This document shows positions 50,461 to 63,489 of a stretch of DNA of 64,000 nucleotides, piece after piece (the stretch's first letter is position 1; each line of letters opens with the position of its first letter). The notes under the pieces are model-generated. The model had not been told where the DNA came from, made no database searches, and saw only the letters and a program-made list of their open reading frames with translations. Both the position numbers and the translations under genes were made by a program. This DNA comes from Squalus acanthias (lineage: Eukaryota). Location of the stretch: positions 76,076,001 to 76,140,000 of the forward strand of contig CM059432.1 in the NCBI GenBank assembly GCA_030390025.1. The letters are read 5' to 3'.

Positions 50461-50514
50461 AGTACTTCAAATTCATTGCTATCCAAAATTGGAATTAGCA
50501 AGCTCTTTCCAGGA

Positions 50515-50648
50515 CAAAAGCAAAATACTGCGGATGCTGGAAATCTGAAATAAAAACAGAAAATGCTGGAAATACTCAGCAGGTCAGGCAGCATCTGTGG
50601 AGAGAGAAACAAAGTTAACGTTTCAGGTCGATGACCCTTCGTCAGAAC
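50515..50648. repeat. Short interspersed repeat, possibly a Penelope-like terminal repeat; a related inverted pair lies at 63311-63462
   Basis: AAAACAGAAAATGCTGGAAATA...CATCTGTGGAGAG shared with 63311-63365 and its reverse complement. Confidence 0.5.
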
Positions 50649-50779
50649 ACAGCTCTTTTCTGTGTTTATTGGAGCAGTAATAAATTATATACACACGCAG
50701 TATTTCAGTACTGTAATTCACTCTTATTCTTACAGCACTTGTCTTCCAATAGATGGCACTGTTTGGGACTCAGTGGGAC

Positions 50780-51221
50780 AGCGCTCGCCATCATTCTTGG
50801 GAAAGCCGCTGTGGCGCCCCTTCGGACGGAGGACTGTATTGCACCTGGCGCTGCCTCTCTCCCTCTCTCTCCTCCCATTTCTTCCACTTTTCTTCGGTTG
50901 TCCTTCACGCAATGACGTCAGTTGCCGGAAGGTCAGAGGCTGCGAACGGAAGTGAGTGCTGGAGCTCTCCGCCATTGTGTGTGCGAGACAGAGATAATAA
51001 TCGTACAGTTACAGACACGTACACACATACACTCGCTGCTGCCTCCACAACGACAGACAGGCCAAGGGAAACCTGCCGACACGCAAACAGCGGCGCGCTC
51101 CCCCGCCTCTTGGGATTTACCGTCACTGGCTCGAGCCGCTGCACGATCCGCTGGGAGCACGGTTTAAACCAAATCCGCCGAGCCCGAGGCCGAGGCCCTG
51201 CCTGCTGATCTTTCATGAAGA
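50780..51221 (+). promoter_or_regulatory. CpG-rich YTHDF3 promoter and 5' UTR
   Basis: CRE TGACGTCA 50913-50920, ETS CCGGAAG 50925 and CGGAAGTG 50947, YY1-like CCGCCATT ~50969; CpG dense. Confidence 0.7.
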
Positions 51222-51245
51222 ATGTCTGCTACCAGCGTGGATCAG
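51222..51245 (+). CDS. YTHDF3: YTH domain family protein 3, coding exon 1 (MSATSVDQ)
   Basis: ATGTCTGCTACCAGCGTGGATCAG|GTAAT; identical to the human YTHDF3 N-terminal peptide. Confidence 0.9.
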
Positions 51246-51512
51246 GTAATGCGCTGACTGCCAGCTGGGGAGCGAGTGCTCGAGTCTGGGCCGCCGCCTC
51301 GCAGGCCACGACTCGTTCTCTTTCTCTCAGACATTTCCTGTCGCTTACAATATTATATCAAGGTTTATTTATGGTTATTTTTTTTAAAAACTTGTTAATA
51401 TTTAATTCAGAATTTCCATAAGGTACTGACGGGTGTTTTCTTCTTTTTGTGTGTTTTTTTGTTTTCTTTTCTTTTGTATTTTTGCTTTCTATTAAACACG
51501 ATACTACATCAG

Positions 51513-51537
51513 AGACCGAAAGGACAGGGAAGTAAAG
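51513..51537 (+). CDS. YTHDF3: YTHDF3 exon 2 (25 nt, RPKGQGSK)
   Basis: CAG|AGACCG...AAAG|GTGAGT; human RPKGQGNK. Confidence 0.9.
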
Positions 51538-52471
51538 GTGAGTTGGTCCGTTACTCATTCTGTTGATTTCATACAGACTGAGTTTTGAATTTTTTTTTGT
51601 ATATTTTTTTTGTTTCTTTTCCTAGAGAGCGCTTTAACTTGAAGATTTTTCCTAACATGAGCATCTTTATTTCTGAACTCATCAAATCAAACTTTGAAAA
51701 CTTTGTAATATTTTCTCTGCTTCTATCAAATTTAAGAACACTTAGTATTCATATTACAGGACATGATTTCTAACTTGTCCTATGGGGCAAGTTAGCTTCC
51801 ACGTTTTACTTGACTGAAGTTTTACATTATCTTGATTTTCTACATATGAATCTGATAAAACCATTCAGTCTGAAGTTTATGATGCTTTACTACTTTAATT
51901 TCACTTGTTTGCACTTTAAGTGTTAACTTTTTTTGAAATGAGAGTTTTGGTTTCCTTTGTTTCAAAGTCTGAAAGTGAAATTGTAACACAAATACAACAA
52001 TATTGATTTGACAATGTGTTAATGTGCGTAGCCTGAGGTCTTGATGTTTGCTTCTGAAAACAGCACAGCACATACTTGATTTAAAAATGTAAAATTTACT
52101 CAGTTGAGCAAATTTCACATGAGCTGCTTAATAGATTTTGATAAACTGCCATAACATCTTTGAGGCACCTAAAAAACTTAAGTTATAGAGTTATGTTGAA
52201 AAGGTAATGTTAATGAAAAATTGCATAGCCAACCCTTTTGTGTTTATTTACAAACTCATACAATAATGGAATTTTTAGATAACTCAGCTTATAAAATATA
52301 TAATTGAAATACTGACAACCTGGAGACTAGAAAAACAACTTTTATTGTTGCAAGTCTATCAATGCTGACCTGCCTTCAATTCTTAATTACACTATATTGG
52401 GCTGTATAAAATTTACAGTATTGTTTCCCATATTCACTGATAATCCACTGTGTTCTCTCCTTCTTGACATT

Positions 52472-53109
52472 GGGCCATGATTTTGCTGTGGCAGGGCATC
52501 TAATGGCATCTGCCGTTAGTTAGACTTGCCCTTTTACGTTTGGGTTTTTAAACTTTTTGCACGGCAAGTTTCTGAAAGTGCAAGCTGATAACGGCGCAGT
52601 GAATGAAACAGGGTGTCTCGGACCTGAGTGAACAGGGCAAGCAACTGTGTATCTTAACCAATCAGATTGAAGTATTGTGAAATTAACAGCTCAATGACGG
52701 AGAAGGAAGTATAAAAAGAGTGGGTGAAAATGCCAAATCATGTACAGAAAGAAATAGAGAGGGAAAGAAAGATTGGATTGAAGGAGAGAGATAAGAGACA
52801 GAAATTTTACACTTTTAAAATCTCCAGCAACAATTGAAACCTGAAGGAATGAGTTAATTGCTGTGGCAAGTTTAGTTCGTATCTAATGTGCAAATACAAC
52901 AACTTCAGACCATTCAATGCATTTCAATGGTGAGACAGACCGCGAGTTGCCATTTTTGCGAAGCTAACGGTGGAGCGGCGCAACCCTGACAGCAACTTTT
53001 GGATATTTGAGTTTAAACATGCATCTGCCCCTCACCTGAAGGTGCTGTGCACATAAATCACGATGAGTCCCATTAGCCTCACCGTTATTTTGACAGCAAA
53101 TTCTGGCCC
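52472..53109. mobile_element. Harbinger-type MITE in YTHDF3 intron 2
   Basis: TIR GGGCCA(T)GA(T/A)TTTGCTGT; ATT TSD on both sides. Confidence 0.75.
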
Positions 53110-53576
53110 ATTCTGCCTGCCTGAAAATGAGTCTGCAATGGAATTAATTATTTTAGAATTGTAAAGTGTTTGTCTGCAATTTCTCTAGGAAAATCCAATG
53201 TTCTGACTGTACGCTCATATTGTTTAATAAAACAAGCGAAGTGTATAAGAATGTACCAAGCTATGACTTCACTTCAGGTTTGTCACCATTTGCTGAGCCC
53301 AGCTAATATGTGCATTGTTTACTGGTGATGGGATCTCAAGTGGCTGAGCTGTTGAAATTTGGATGAAAAGTTGACAGTCTGATTTCAAGCTGCAGAGGCC
53401 TGAAAGCTTTCATCTCTGTTTTAAATGTTCTTAAATTTGCCACCATATGAACTGCCGCATGGAAGCAAAATGTTTGATCTATAGTGTCTTCTGAGAAAAC
53501 AGTTGAGGCCTGCATGGTTGTTGATTATATACTGAACATTGGATTTCCTAATGAACTGCAGATTTCTTATTAAACC

Positions 53577-54047
53577 TAGAATCATCGAATGGTTACAGCA
53601 TAGAAGGAGGCCTGTCGAGCCCGTGCTGGCTCTCTCCAAGAGCACTTCAGCTAGTCCCACCCTCGCCCTTTCCCTGTAGCCCTGCAAATTTTTTTCCTTC
53701 AGGTCCTTATCCAATTCCCTTTTGAAAGCCATGATTGAATCTGCCCCCACCGCCCTTTCAGGCAGTGCAGTCCAGATCCTAACCACTTGCTGCGTAAAGA
53801 AAAGTTTTTCCTCATGTCGCCTTTGGTTCTTCTGCCAATCACCTTAAATCTGTGTCCTCTGGTTCTTGACCCTTCCACCAATGGGAACAGTTTCTCTCTA
53901 TCTACTCTGTCTAGACCCCTCATGATTTTGAGCACCTCTATCAAATCTCCTCTCAACCTTCTCTGCTCTATAAGGAGAACAACCCCAGCTTCTCCAGTCT
54001 ATCCATGTAACTGAAGTCCCTCATCCCTGGAACCATTCTTGTAAACC
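53577..54047 (-). mobile_element. CR1 3' fragment
   Basis: RGDLIEV...SRTRGHRFKV. Confidence 0.85.
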
Positions 54048-55177
54048 TGTAGTAATCACATTAATTGTTGATCCTCTTATCAGACCTCAAGTGCATCGAA
54101 TGCACTGATGGTTGATGTCTGCACAAAAACTGATCAAAAACAGAATTAATCCCTTGTCCAACAAAATGGAAATCGACTATCTATCCATAAGTATAATATG
54201 AAAATAGTATGTCTTGTGCCGTGTTGTCCAATGTGAAATTGCTGACTAGGCACAGGTGTGGCTACGACTACATTATTTTAGCCACATGCACTAATTTTAG
54301 TAGCAAAACCTTGCATACACTCTCAATACAAGTAAATGTACTTCTCATGTCTATATTTACTAAACATACTTCTACCATTCAGTAACCAAGTAAGTAAAGT
54401 ACTCAACGATCAAACAAAACACTTGCCCACTCTTCGTTTTACCATTTTACCAACATGCGCACAAAAAGGTTAATGTACACATCTATACACCATGTGAATA
54501 GAAATAGAAATTGCATGCCCAACGACTGTTACTCATTTTTCATTTACTAATTAGAAATACAATTAGCCACATGTGGCTAATGTATTGGATAACAGTGTTC
54601 TAGTTCACATTTCCTGGCTGTCACGCTTCAAGTCTAGCACTGAAAAATTTGTGTGCCACTTCAAAGAGAAGTATGTAGAAATGAAGTAACTCACTGGAAC
54701 CCAAATGGCTGCAGCTTCTTAATTGACATCTATATGAACTCTGTGTTTGTTTATCAATAGCAGCTTCTTAATTGATTTCTGAGCCAATCCAGTGTTTAAC
54801 AGCAATTCCATTTTGTAGCCTTGGAGACAAGCATTTACACTTTACTAGAACAATAATACAATGTGCATTACTGAGTAATTATCCTTATAGCATGTCTTTT
54901 GATTTACCATAAGCAAGATTGTTAGGAATATAAAAACTTTACATATGCACAAACTTCCTGTTTGTCACACTTAAGTGTGTCACACTTTGCAGTGCAAATT
55001 TCCAGGTCACATGAGGTAAAAAAATGAAGAGTATCTAAAGTGTAGACAAACTCTCCAGCTAACAGAACCTACCAGAGCCATGATGTCTCCAGCTCTAACT
55101 TGATCAGTATTATTTAATATCAGCCTTTGTAAGAACACCTATACTTGAATAATGACTTGTGCATTACATGGTATAAT

Positions 55178-55883
55178 GGCCCGGAATTTGCAGTCAACGG
55201 CGAAGCAAAGGCTTTCGCTGCTGGGCTTGAAGTACGCTTCGCACAGGATCTTGTGATCCCTGTGTTGAGAACTTTGGGTTTTCCTACATTCAATTCAAAT
55301 CAGCGAAGTATAGTGGGGATCCTCTTGTGCGAACTGCTGTGACGTCAACTAGCTGTCTGAGCAACCAATCAAAACGCAGATTTCTCCGACAGCGAACAAA
55401 GAAGTGAGTAAGCTGTTAGAGAGAGCAAAGCAAAGACTGGGGCTCTCATGGGAAAAGGCAAACCTGAAATAAAGATGGACAAACTATTTAAAAAAAAAAA
55501 TAATCTTAAATTTCCATTTTTATTGAAATGGACAAATTTCACACTGCACAAAATTAAAATTGTTTTCCTAGGCCCATAACATTTGTTTAGCAGTAATAAT
55601 GCTGTGAATACCCCAGTTACATCTGATCCCTTTGGGTCTAACTTTTAGTGGGGTATTTAACAACGTACTTGCTGCTGAAGAGCTGAAGTTTTCTTCAGTT
55701 TCCCTGATTTGGGTGATTACACAGATTGCCGGCTGTGTGGAGGGGGAGATAGCGCAGCCTGTTTTGGAGCGGTCAATGACGGACCGCAACTTCAGGATTT
55801 CCGCCTGCGTCAAATCCCGAAGTTGCGGTCAGTTTCAAAGGCGGAATGACGGTGAATGCTGCCAGTTCGCAGTTATCCGGGCC
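55178..55883. mobile_element. Harbinger-type MITE in YTHDF3 intron 2
   Basis: TIR GGCCCGGA...TCCGGGCC; AAT TSD on both sides; internal similarity to ~100-290 and ~16600-16825. Confidence 0.75.
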
Positions 55884-56995
55884 AATATTCCTGCCCTTTT
55901 AGCAAATCATTTGACTTGCTGTTAGTATTGCCATGGGAGACTCTTTTTGTTTCTTTAAAAATTAAAAAATTAATGTAAAAGTGTATAGATCCATCACAAG
56001 CTAATTAATACTGGGGACGACTGAGCTTGAGCTGAAATTGACTGCCACTTTTACAATTTGCAAAATTATCTGACCAAACAAAATGAAACTTGATTAAGTG
56101 ACCTGAGTTTGTGTTTACTTAACAATTAGACTTTGTTACCCAAAAAGGGACATATCACTACCATAGCAGAATAATACATTGATTATTACACGGTATAAAA
56201 CTCCTCCTTTTATAAAGCCAAATATCTAACTTAACATGAGCAATGCCTCAGGAGATCTTGTAATATATTAGTAATTGCCTGTGCATATGTTGCACTGTTA
56301 CAGATGCAAACAATCTTAAAATGCTTAATTTTTTCAGAGTTACACATTCCAATCTACTAATGCAGTTCCCTTAACAAATAATAATTAAAATCTGACCTTT
56401 GGCTGTGTTTACTTGTACAATTAGACTTATTTTGGCCTTAAAGTTGCACCTTACCAGCAGAATAATATATTGTGCATTACATGGTATATGCTTATGCCAT
56501 TGTAAAACAGTGTATCATCCAATTTAATATTTTCAGGGAATGATTTCCTGGTTGCCGTTTTTGGAGGGGTGATTGTTTAGGTGTTGGGCTATTAATCGCT
56601 CTAGATTCTTTCCTCTGGTTACCTATCATATAAACCATTGATCAGATTATTGCCATGTAATTATCCTAGGTATTTTTTGCATCCATATTATACTTCTGCT
56701 TAACCATCCTAAATCAATTTTTTGGGTAGTGTAATGCAGCTTTTAAAAAAAAAAAAAGAACTGCACTTGCAAATTACATAATGTTCTGTAAGCGTACTAT
56801 ATATGTTCATAGTGTGTCCTGAAACTGCGTGCTTATAAATCCATTAGCATTTCATGAGACACCTGTCCTTTTCACCATTGACTCTGGTTGTATCATGTTG
56901 TACTGTCCAATATAAAACCATCTTCAAAAAGTTGGATTTTCAAAGGTGATTGCATTGTTTAAAGACCATTTTCTAATGGAATGTTTTAATTACAG

Positions 56996-57075
56996 TTCAG
57001 AACGGTTCGATGCATCAAAAAGACACAGTGAATGATGACGATTTTGAACCTTATTTAACCAGCCAGACAAATCAG
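56996..57075 (+). CDS. YTHDF3: YTHDF3 exon 3 ([27 protein letters not shown]); gene continues beyond the window
   Basis: TACAG| acceptor, |GTAAGT donor, phase 1 to phase 0; matches human ...[26 protein letters not shown]. Confidence 0.92.
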
Positions 57076-57454
57076 GTAAGTAACTTTAATCTTCAAAGAA
57101 TGTCTTCACTGAGCATTGACTGGCATTGTATGCATTGTTTTATTTCTTAAAACAGAAATGGAAGGGTTTTATTTCCATGATTTTTCTTAATGTGTCCCAA
57201 TTGTCAAAGACTGTAAAATTACTGTATTAAGTGCAGAGCAGTAAAGCTGATTTTGCGAGTAACGGTTCCCATGCTTTAGGTAGAGAATAGTAACAGAAAT
57301 TTATATTTGTTTACTGTAAGGGCAAGGAATAAAGTCCACTTATTCTGCAAGGTATTGCCTTATTTTCTGATCAGTTTATATTATGCAACATGCTTTAAGT
57401 GGAATTTGCTTTGTTTATAAAGCAAGTATGTTTAATAACACAAAACAAGTTGCA

Positions 57455-58400
57455 AAAGTGTCCTAGGCCCAAACATCTTCAGCTGCTTCATCAATGACCT
57501 TCCCTCCATCATAAGGTCAGAAGTGGGGATGTTCGCTGATGATTGCACAGTGTTCAGTTCCATTCGCAACTCCAGAAATTGAAGAAGTCCATGCCCGCAT
57601 GCAGCAAGACCTGGATGACATTCAGGCTTGGGCTGATAAGTAGCAAGTAACATTCGTGCCACACAAGTGCCAGGCAATGACGATCTCCAACAAGTGAGAG
57701 TCTAACCACCTGCCCATGACATTCAGTGGCATTACCATCACCGAATTCCCCCACCATCAACATCCTGGGGGGTGTGGGGTGGGGGGGGTCACCATTGACC
57801 AGAAACTTAATTGGACCAGCTACATAAATACTGTGGCAACAAGAGCGGGTCAGAGGCTGGGTATTCTGCAGCGAGTGTCTCCCCTCCTGACTCCCTAAAG
57901 CCTTTCCACCATATACAAGTCAGGAGTATGATGGAATACGCTCCACTTGCCTGGATGAGTGCAGCTCCAACAACACTCGAAGCTCGACACCATTCAGAAC
58001 AGCAGCCCGCTTGATTGGCATCCCATCCACCACCTTAAACATTCACTCCCTCCACCACCGGCGCACCGTGGCTGCAGTGTGTACCATCTACAAGATGCAC
58101 TGCAGCAACTCGCCAAGGCTTCCTGAGTAGCTCCTCCCAAAATCGCGACCTCTACCACCTAGAAGGACAAGGGCAGCAGCCGCATGGGAACACCAGCACC
58201 TCCAAGTTCCCCTCCAAGTCACACACCATCCTGACTTGGAAGTACATCGCCATTCCTTCATTGTTGCTGGGTCAAAATCCTGGAACTCTCGAGTACCTTC
58301 ACCACAAGGACTGCAGCGGTTCAAGAACGCGGCTCACCACCACCTTCTCAAGGGCAATTAGGGATGGCAATAAATGCTGGCCTTGGAATGATTTAAAAAA
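57455..58400 (+). mobile_element. 3' fragment of the tRNA-headed LINE family
   Basis: Collinear with 12820-13790. Confidence 0.85.
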
Positions 58401-58404
58401 AAAA

Positions 58405-58955
58405 CACACCTGGAGTACTGTGCACAGTTTTAGTCACCTTATCTGAGAAAGGACATACATGCCTCAGAGGCGGTGCAACGAAGGTTCACTAGATTGATTC
58501 CTGGGATGAGAGGATGGTCCTATGCGGAGAGTAGATTGGGTCTATACTCTCAGGAGTTCAGAAGAATGAGAGTTGATCTCATTGAAACATATAAGATTCT
58601 GAGGGTGATTAACATAGTTGATGCTGAGAGGTTGTTTCCCCTGGCTGGAGAGTCTAGAACTAGGGGCATAGTCCCCAGATAAGGAGTCGGCCATTTACGA
58701 CTGAGTTGTTGTGGAAGAATTTCTTCACTGAGGGTTGTGAATCTTTGGAATTCTCTGCTCCAGAGGGCTGTGAATGCTGAGTCCTTGAGTATATTCAAGG
58801 CTGAGATATAGACTTTTGGACTCTAGGGGAATCAAGGGATATGGGGATCGAGTGGGAAAGTGGAGTTGAGGTCGAAGATCAGCCATGATCTTATTGAATG
58901 GCGGAGCAGGCTCGAAGGGCTGTATGGCCTACTGCTTCTAATTTTTATGTTCTTA
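58405..58955 (+). mobile_element. CR1 3' fragment
   Basis: [13 protein letters not shown]...; tail tttatgttctta. Confidence 0.85.
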
Positions 58956-59634
58956 ATTGCCCTGCTTCTCAGCGCTTCGTGACATGGGATTTTTACATCC
59001 ACCCAAGCTGGGAGATGTGGTACTGGTTTAAAATCTTATCCAAGAGATAACACCTTTGACAATGCAGAATTTCCTCAGTACTGCACTAAAGTTCAGTCGA
59101 GATTATGTGCTCAAGTTCTCCAGTCAGTAGTTCCCCTCCAAGTCACACACCATCTTGACTTGGAAATATATTGCCGATCCTTCGTCGTCGCTGGGTCAAA
59201 ATCCTGGAACTCCCTACCTAACAGCACTGTGGGAGTATCTTCACCACGCGGACTGCAGCGGTTCAAGAAGGCAGCTTACCACCACCTTCTCAGGACAATT
59301 CGGGATGGGCAATAAATGCTGGCCTTGTCAGCGATGCCCACATCTCATAAACAAATTTTTAAAAAAGTCAGTTTAAAACTATTCCAGGCCTTGAGCACAG
59401 ATCTAAAAAAGCTTTGTAATAGCAGAAGGGGAGATGCTCAATCCATAAACAGACCTGACGCATATAAGACTAATCAGTACAGTCCTCACCCCTTGGATAG
59501 TGGTAGATAATGACATTTGCCATTGCAGTATTTTCTGGTGACTTTTGATTCATTAAAAGGATTCTGGGTATAAACTGTATTACAGTCCCCACTGCTCAAA
59601 TGACTAAAGGCGGTGGGGCTACCTCCAAGGAATT

Positions 59635-60040
59635 AATAACAGGTACTCTCTTCTGAGTCAGAAGGTTGTTGGTTCAAGCCCCTTTATGGGCATCACATAA
59701 TCTAAGGCGGCATTTCAATGCGCTATTGAGTGTTGTTGTTGATGTCTTGATGATGCGATGTTAAACTCGATCACTGTCTCTTGCTCAGATGGATGCAAAA
59801 GATCCTATAACACTATATTAGAAGTGTAGAGAGTTCTCCTGCCATCCTGGCTAATGTTTTTCCCTCAAACAATACAACAAACAAAATCTGGTCATCTCAT
59901 TTGCTGTTTGTGGAACTTTTTGCCCAAATTGGTTGCAGTGTTTGCCTACATAACAAGTGACAGATTACAGTATTCCTTGTGCAGCCAGTTGCAAAGTGCT
60001 TTGGGAGAACACTAAGGTGCATTATGAATGCAAGTTTGTT
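59635..60040 (+). mobile_element. Degenerate Deu-domain SINE (SacSINE1/AmnSINE-like)
   Basis: B-box-like GGTTCAAGCCC; core GATGGATGCAAAAGATCC...TTGCTGTTTGTGG...AAATTGG; L2-like tail. Confidence 0.6.
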
Positions 60041-60439
60041 GCTCCTTCGTGCTTTCTCTGGTACGTGTGTGTGCTCACATTCATACACACTCATTGGTTT
60101 AGCTGATTCAGTCCTGGATTTTTAGTACTCTTAATTGGTGAGTGTGAAAGACTAGATTGTAATTCCTTAAAGGATTAACTTTCAATGTAAGTGCACACTT
60201 GTAACTATCAAGTTGGCATGTAATCTGCTGCTTTTTAAAAAAAAAAATTGTTTTTCAAGGTGAATCATATTGGTATTGGGGAGTGGGATGCTTTCAATTT
60301 TAAGCACTCTCCAGAATCAGGTCAGATGCAGCAGTTAGATATAAAATAAAGCTTGCTTCAAAAAGGATTTCCCCCCCCCCCCCCCCACCTCAAGCCAATT
60401 TGGCATTGGACACATCAAAGACTGTGAACGCTTCCAGGC

Positions 60440-61570
60440 TGTGCACTAGAACTAGCTGGTCGCCTAGCTAAGATATTACAGTGCAGCTGTAGCATTGGTA
60501 TCTTCCTGACCATGTAGAAAATAGCCCAGGTATGTCCTTTCGATAAAAAGCAAAACAAATGTAATTACTGTCTTATCGGCCTCCTCCCAATCATCAGTAA
60601 AGTGATGGAAGAAGTCATCAATAACGCTGCCAAGCAACACCAATAATCTGCTCACAGATGCTCAATTTAGGTACAGTTAGAATCGCGTGGCTCTGGATCT
60701 TGTCTTGGTCTTGATTCAGATATGGATGTAAGCGACAAGAGCAGCTGCCCTCAATGTCAAGGCAGCATTTGACTGAGTATGGTACTAGGGAGTCCAACCC
60801 ATACCGAGCCGATGGGAAAATCCACAAGTGGCTGGAATCCTACCCGACGCACAGGACGGTGGTCATGGTTCTTGAAATATAACCATCAGAGCCCCAGATC
60901 TTTGATGCAGGAGTTCCTCGGGCAGCGTCCTTGGCCCAGTAGAACCTGGACGAAATGAGGCTTGGGCTGACAAGTGACTTTGCACTACATAAGTGCCAGG
61001 CTGTGACCCATCTCCAACAAGAGAAGACCCAAATTCCTTCCCCTGACCTTCAACAACACCATAATTGCCAAGTCTCCCACCATCACCATCCTGGCAGCCA
61101 TATCAATACAATGGCTAAAAGTACAAGGCAGAAGCTTGGTACTCTGTGCCAGGTTGCTTGCCTCCTGACCTCTTAATGCTAATCCACCATTTTACATGGC
61201 TGAAGTCGGGAGTATGATGGAACGCTCACCACCTGCTTGTACAAGTGCAGCCCCAACATTCAAGAAACTTAACACCATCCAAGAAAAAGCAGTCCACTTG
61301 ATTGGTGCCTCTGCCACTATAATCAGTATCCGTCCCTTACATCACCGGCACATTGTGGGTGCAGTATATACTATCAACCGATGCACTACTGCAACTTGCC
61401 AATGCTATTTCGACAACAGCTCCTGGCCCTGTACCATTTGAGAAGGATAAGAGCAGCAATGTCATGGGAATACTATCACCTCCAAATGGCATCCTGACTT
61501 GGAACTATACCGCTATTCCTGCATCATTGCTAAGTCAAAATCCAACATGCTCCACACCTGAGAACAAATA
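60440..61570 (+). mobile_element. Old degenerate LINE of the same CR1-group family
   Basis: Diverged similarity to the RT and 3' end of the other copies. Confidence 0.65.
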
Positions 61571-63489
61571 TATAAGAAAAGAAATCAAAATTTTCTATGG
61601 AATGAATTTTGAAGGATAATGTTGTAAAGGTTTTTATTCTGTATTCATTTTAACATTACAATCATAGGTGAAATAGGATTTTGAGATTAATAGCCTTGAT
61701 CTAGTGAGCAGCTTTGCCGTACAGATGAGATTAAATCTCCGGTCTACTGAGTTAGCTGGGGTAGGTTTAAAATTTGGCTATGGCTCCCACTGTTAATCGC
61801 TATCCAATGATCCTTGCTGGAAGTGTGTATGTGGTTGCTGGGGAAAGATTAGATTGGCTTGGCTGTAATACAAGTAAGGTTCCCAACCCTCCCGGATTGG
61901 CCACCAGTCTCCAGGAATTGAGAATTATCTTCCGGATACTGCTGCGAGTAGCCTGGGAGAAAAGTCATAGGGAAGTAGAGTTCGCACTTTGGGATTTAGA
62001 CTTTTTTTTTTCCCCCAGACTGCTTTGTCACTGTCATGTCTCTGCATATTCCATGAGGTCCTACTCTGTTCTTTATTTGAAATGAAGGAGCGTGTCACCG
62101 TCAGTCTTTTCAAAGCGAAGGTGCCTGGCTCTCTTGTGGGATCGTGTGTGCGTGTGCTGCCCAGTCAAAGGGAATTCCCAACTCTGAATGACCACGGTGG
62201 CAGGTGGGTACTCGAGCTTTGCAAGTTGTTTCTGCTCCTGGTATGTCCCGCAGACCAGGGGAAAGAATGGGTAGTGGAATTAAATTGCATTTGCTGGTCC
62301 GCACTGAATGGAGACAAATAGCACATCGGAGAGCATTTCACCGCAAAGTAAATCAATGCATCAAATGACTTATATTTAACCCACCACAAATAACACACAC
62401 GCAATCCAATTCGTGAGGAATTTCAGACGGCTTATGGACAACGCATAATACATCTATAGGATTATTGAGTTGCCGCATTACTTTCATTAAAGCCAGAACC
62501 ACTCGTAAAATGTTATTGTGGAAATAATTATTTTTGATAATTGCCTGTCTGTACACTCTTCTAACTTTATATTGATACTATTGTTGATAAATGATCAACA
62601 CTAAATATACAAACATAAAATATCTATTTAAAAAAAAAAAATCAGTAGTTCAAGAATGTGGTCTGAAAGTGCCACAGATATACTGTTTGAAATAAGAGCT
62701 ATTTCATTCTGTTCATGACTATAGGACCTGAGGGCACAAATCTGCATTTTTTTTCCTTTTCTCTCTTTTTACCTCTTGAGGGCACTAACTCTTGCTGGGT
62801 ATGGTTCTGTGGGTGCAAAGACACACAAGTACAGGGGACCCACCTTTTATTGACTTGACTGACTGTCATATGATCAATTGTGACATGATCAAACCTTTAG
62901 GAATACATCCAAACACAGTTGACACCCTAAATTACAAGAAATTGTTAAAGCTCTGATGAATATTGGCCACTCGAGTGAAGTACTGATGAACGATGTACAC
63001 CAATAAAACTATTTTCTAAGAGTCTGTGCCTTGGGGGAGAGAAAATTTCCAAGGAAAACATGTTTTTCCTTTTGCCTATTTTGCTCTCTACAGAACGTAT
63101 TGACTATTGTCTGGGGTGTGGTTCCACAACCATACTGAATTCATAAAGATCTTGTAAATTAAGATCACCGGTGCTCGGTATGAATAAAATGTCAGATTAC
63201 AACTGTTAAATTTGCTGAAGTCCAGAAATTGGAAGAATTTATTTCAGATTTATTATTTCAAATGAATTCTGGCCTTTTATATATTAAAAAATTGTATATA
63301 AACTTTGGTATAAAAACAGAAAATGCTGGAAATACCCCGCAATGTCAGGTAACATCTGTGGAGAGGACCTGAAACATTAATCCTACCATCTTCTCTCCAC
63401 AGATGCTGCCTGATTTACTGAGTGTTTCCAACATTTGGTTTTTATTTCAGATTTCCAGCATCTGAGCTTCCATCACACACACTGCCTAC

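Noticed and set aside
51222..57075. YTHDF1 instead of YTHDF3
   Set aside because: DQRPKGQG and [13 protein letters not shown] plus TTPA linkage fit YTHDF3
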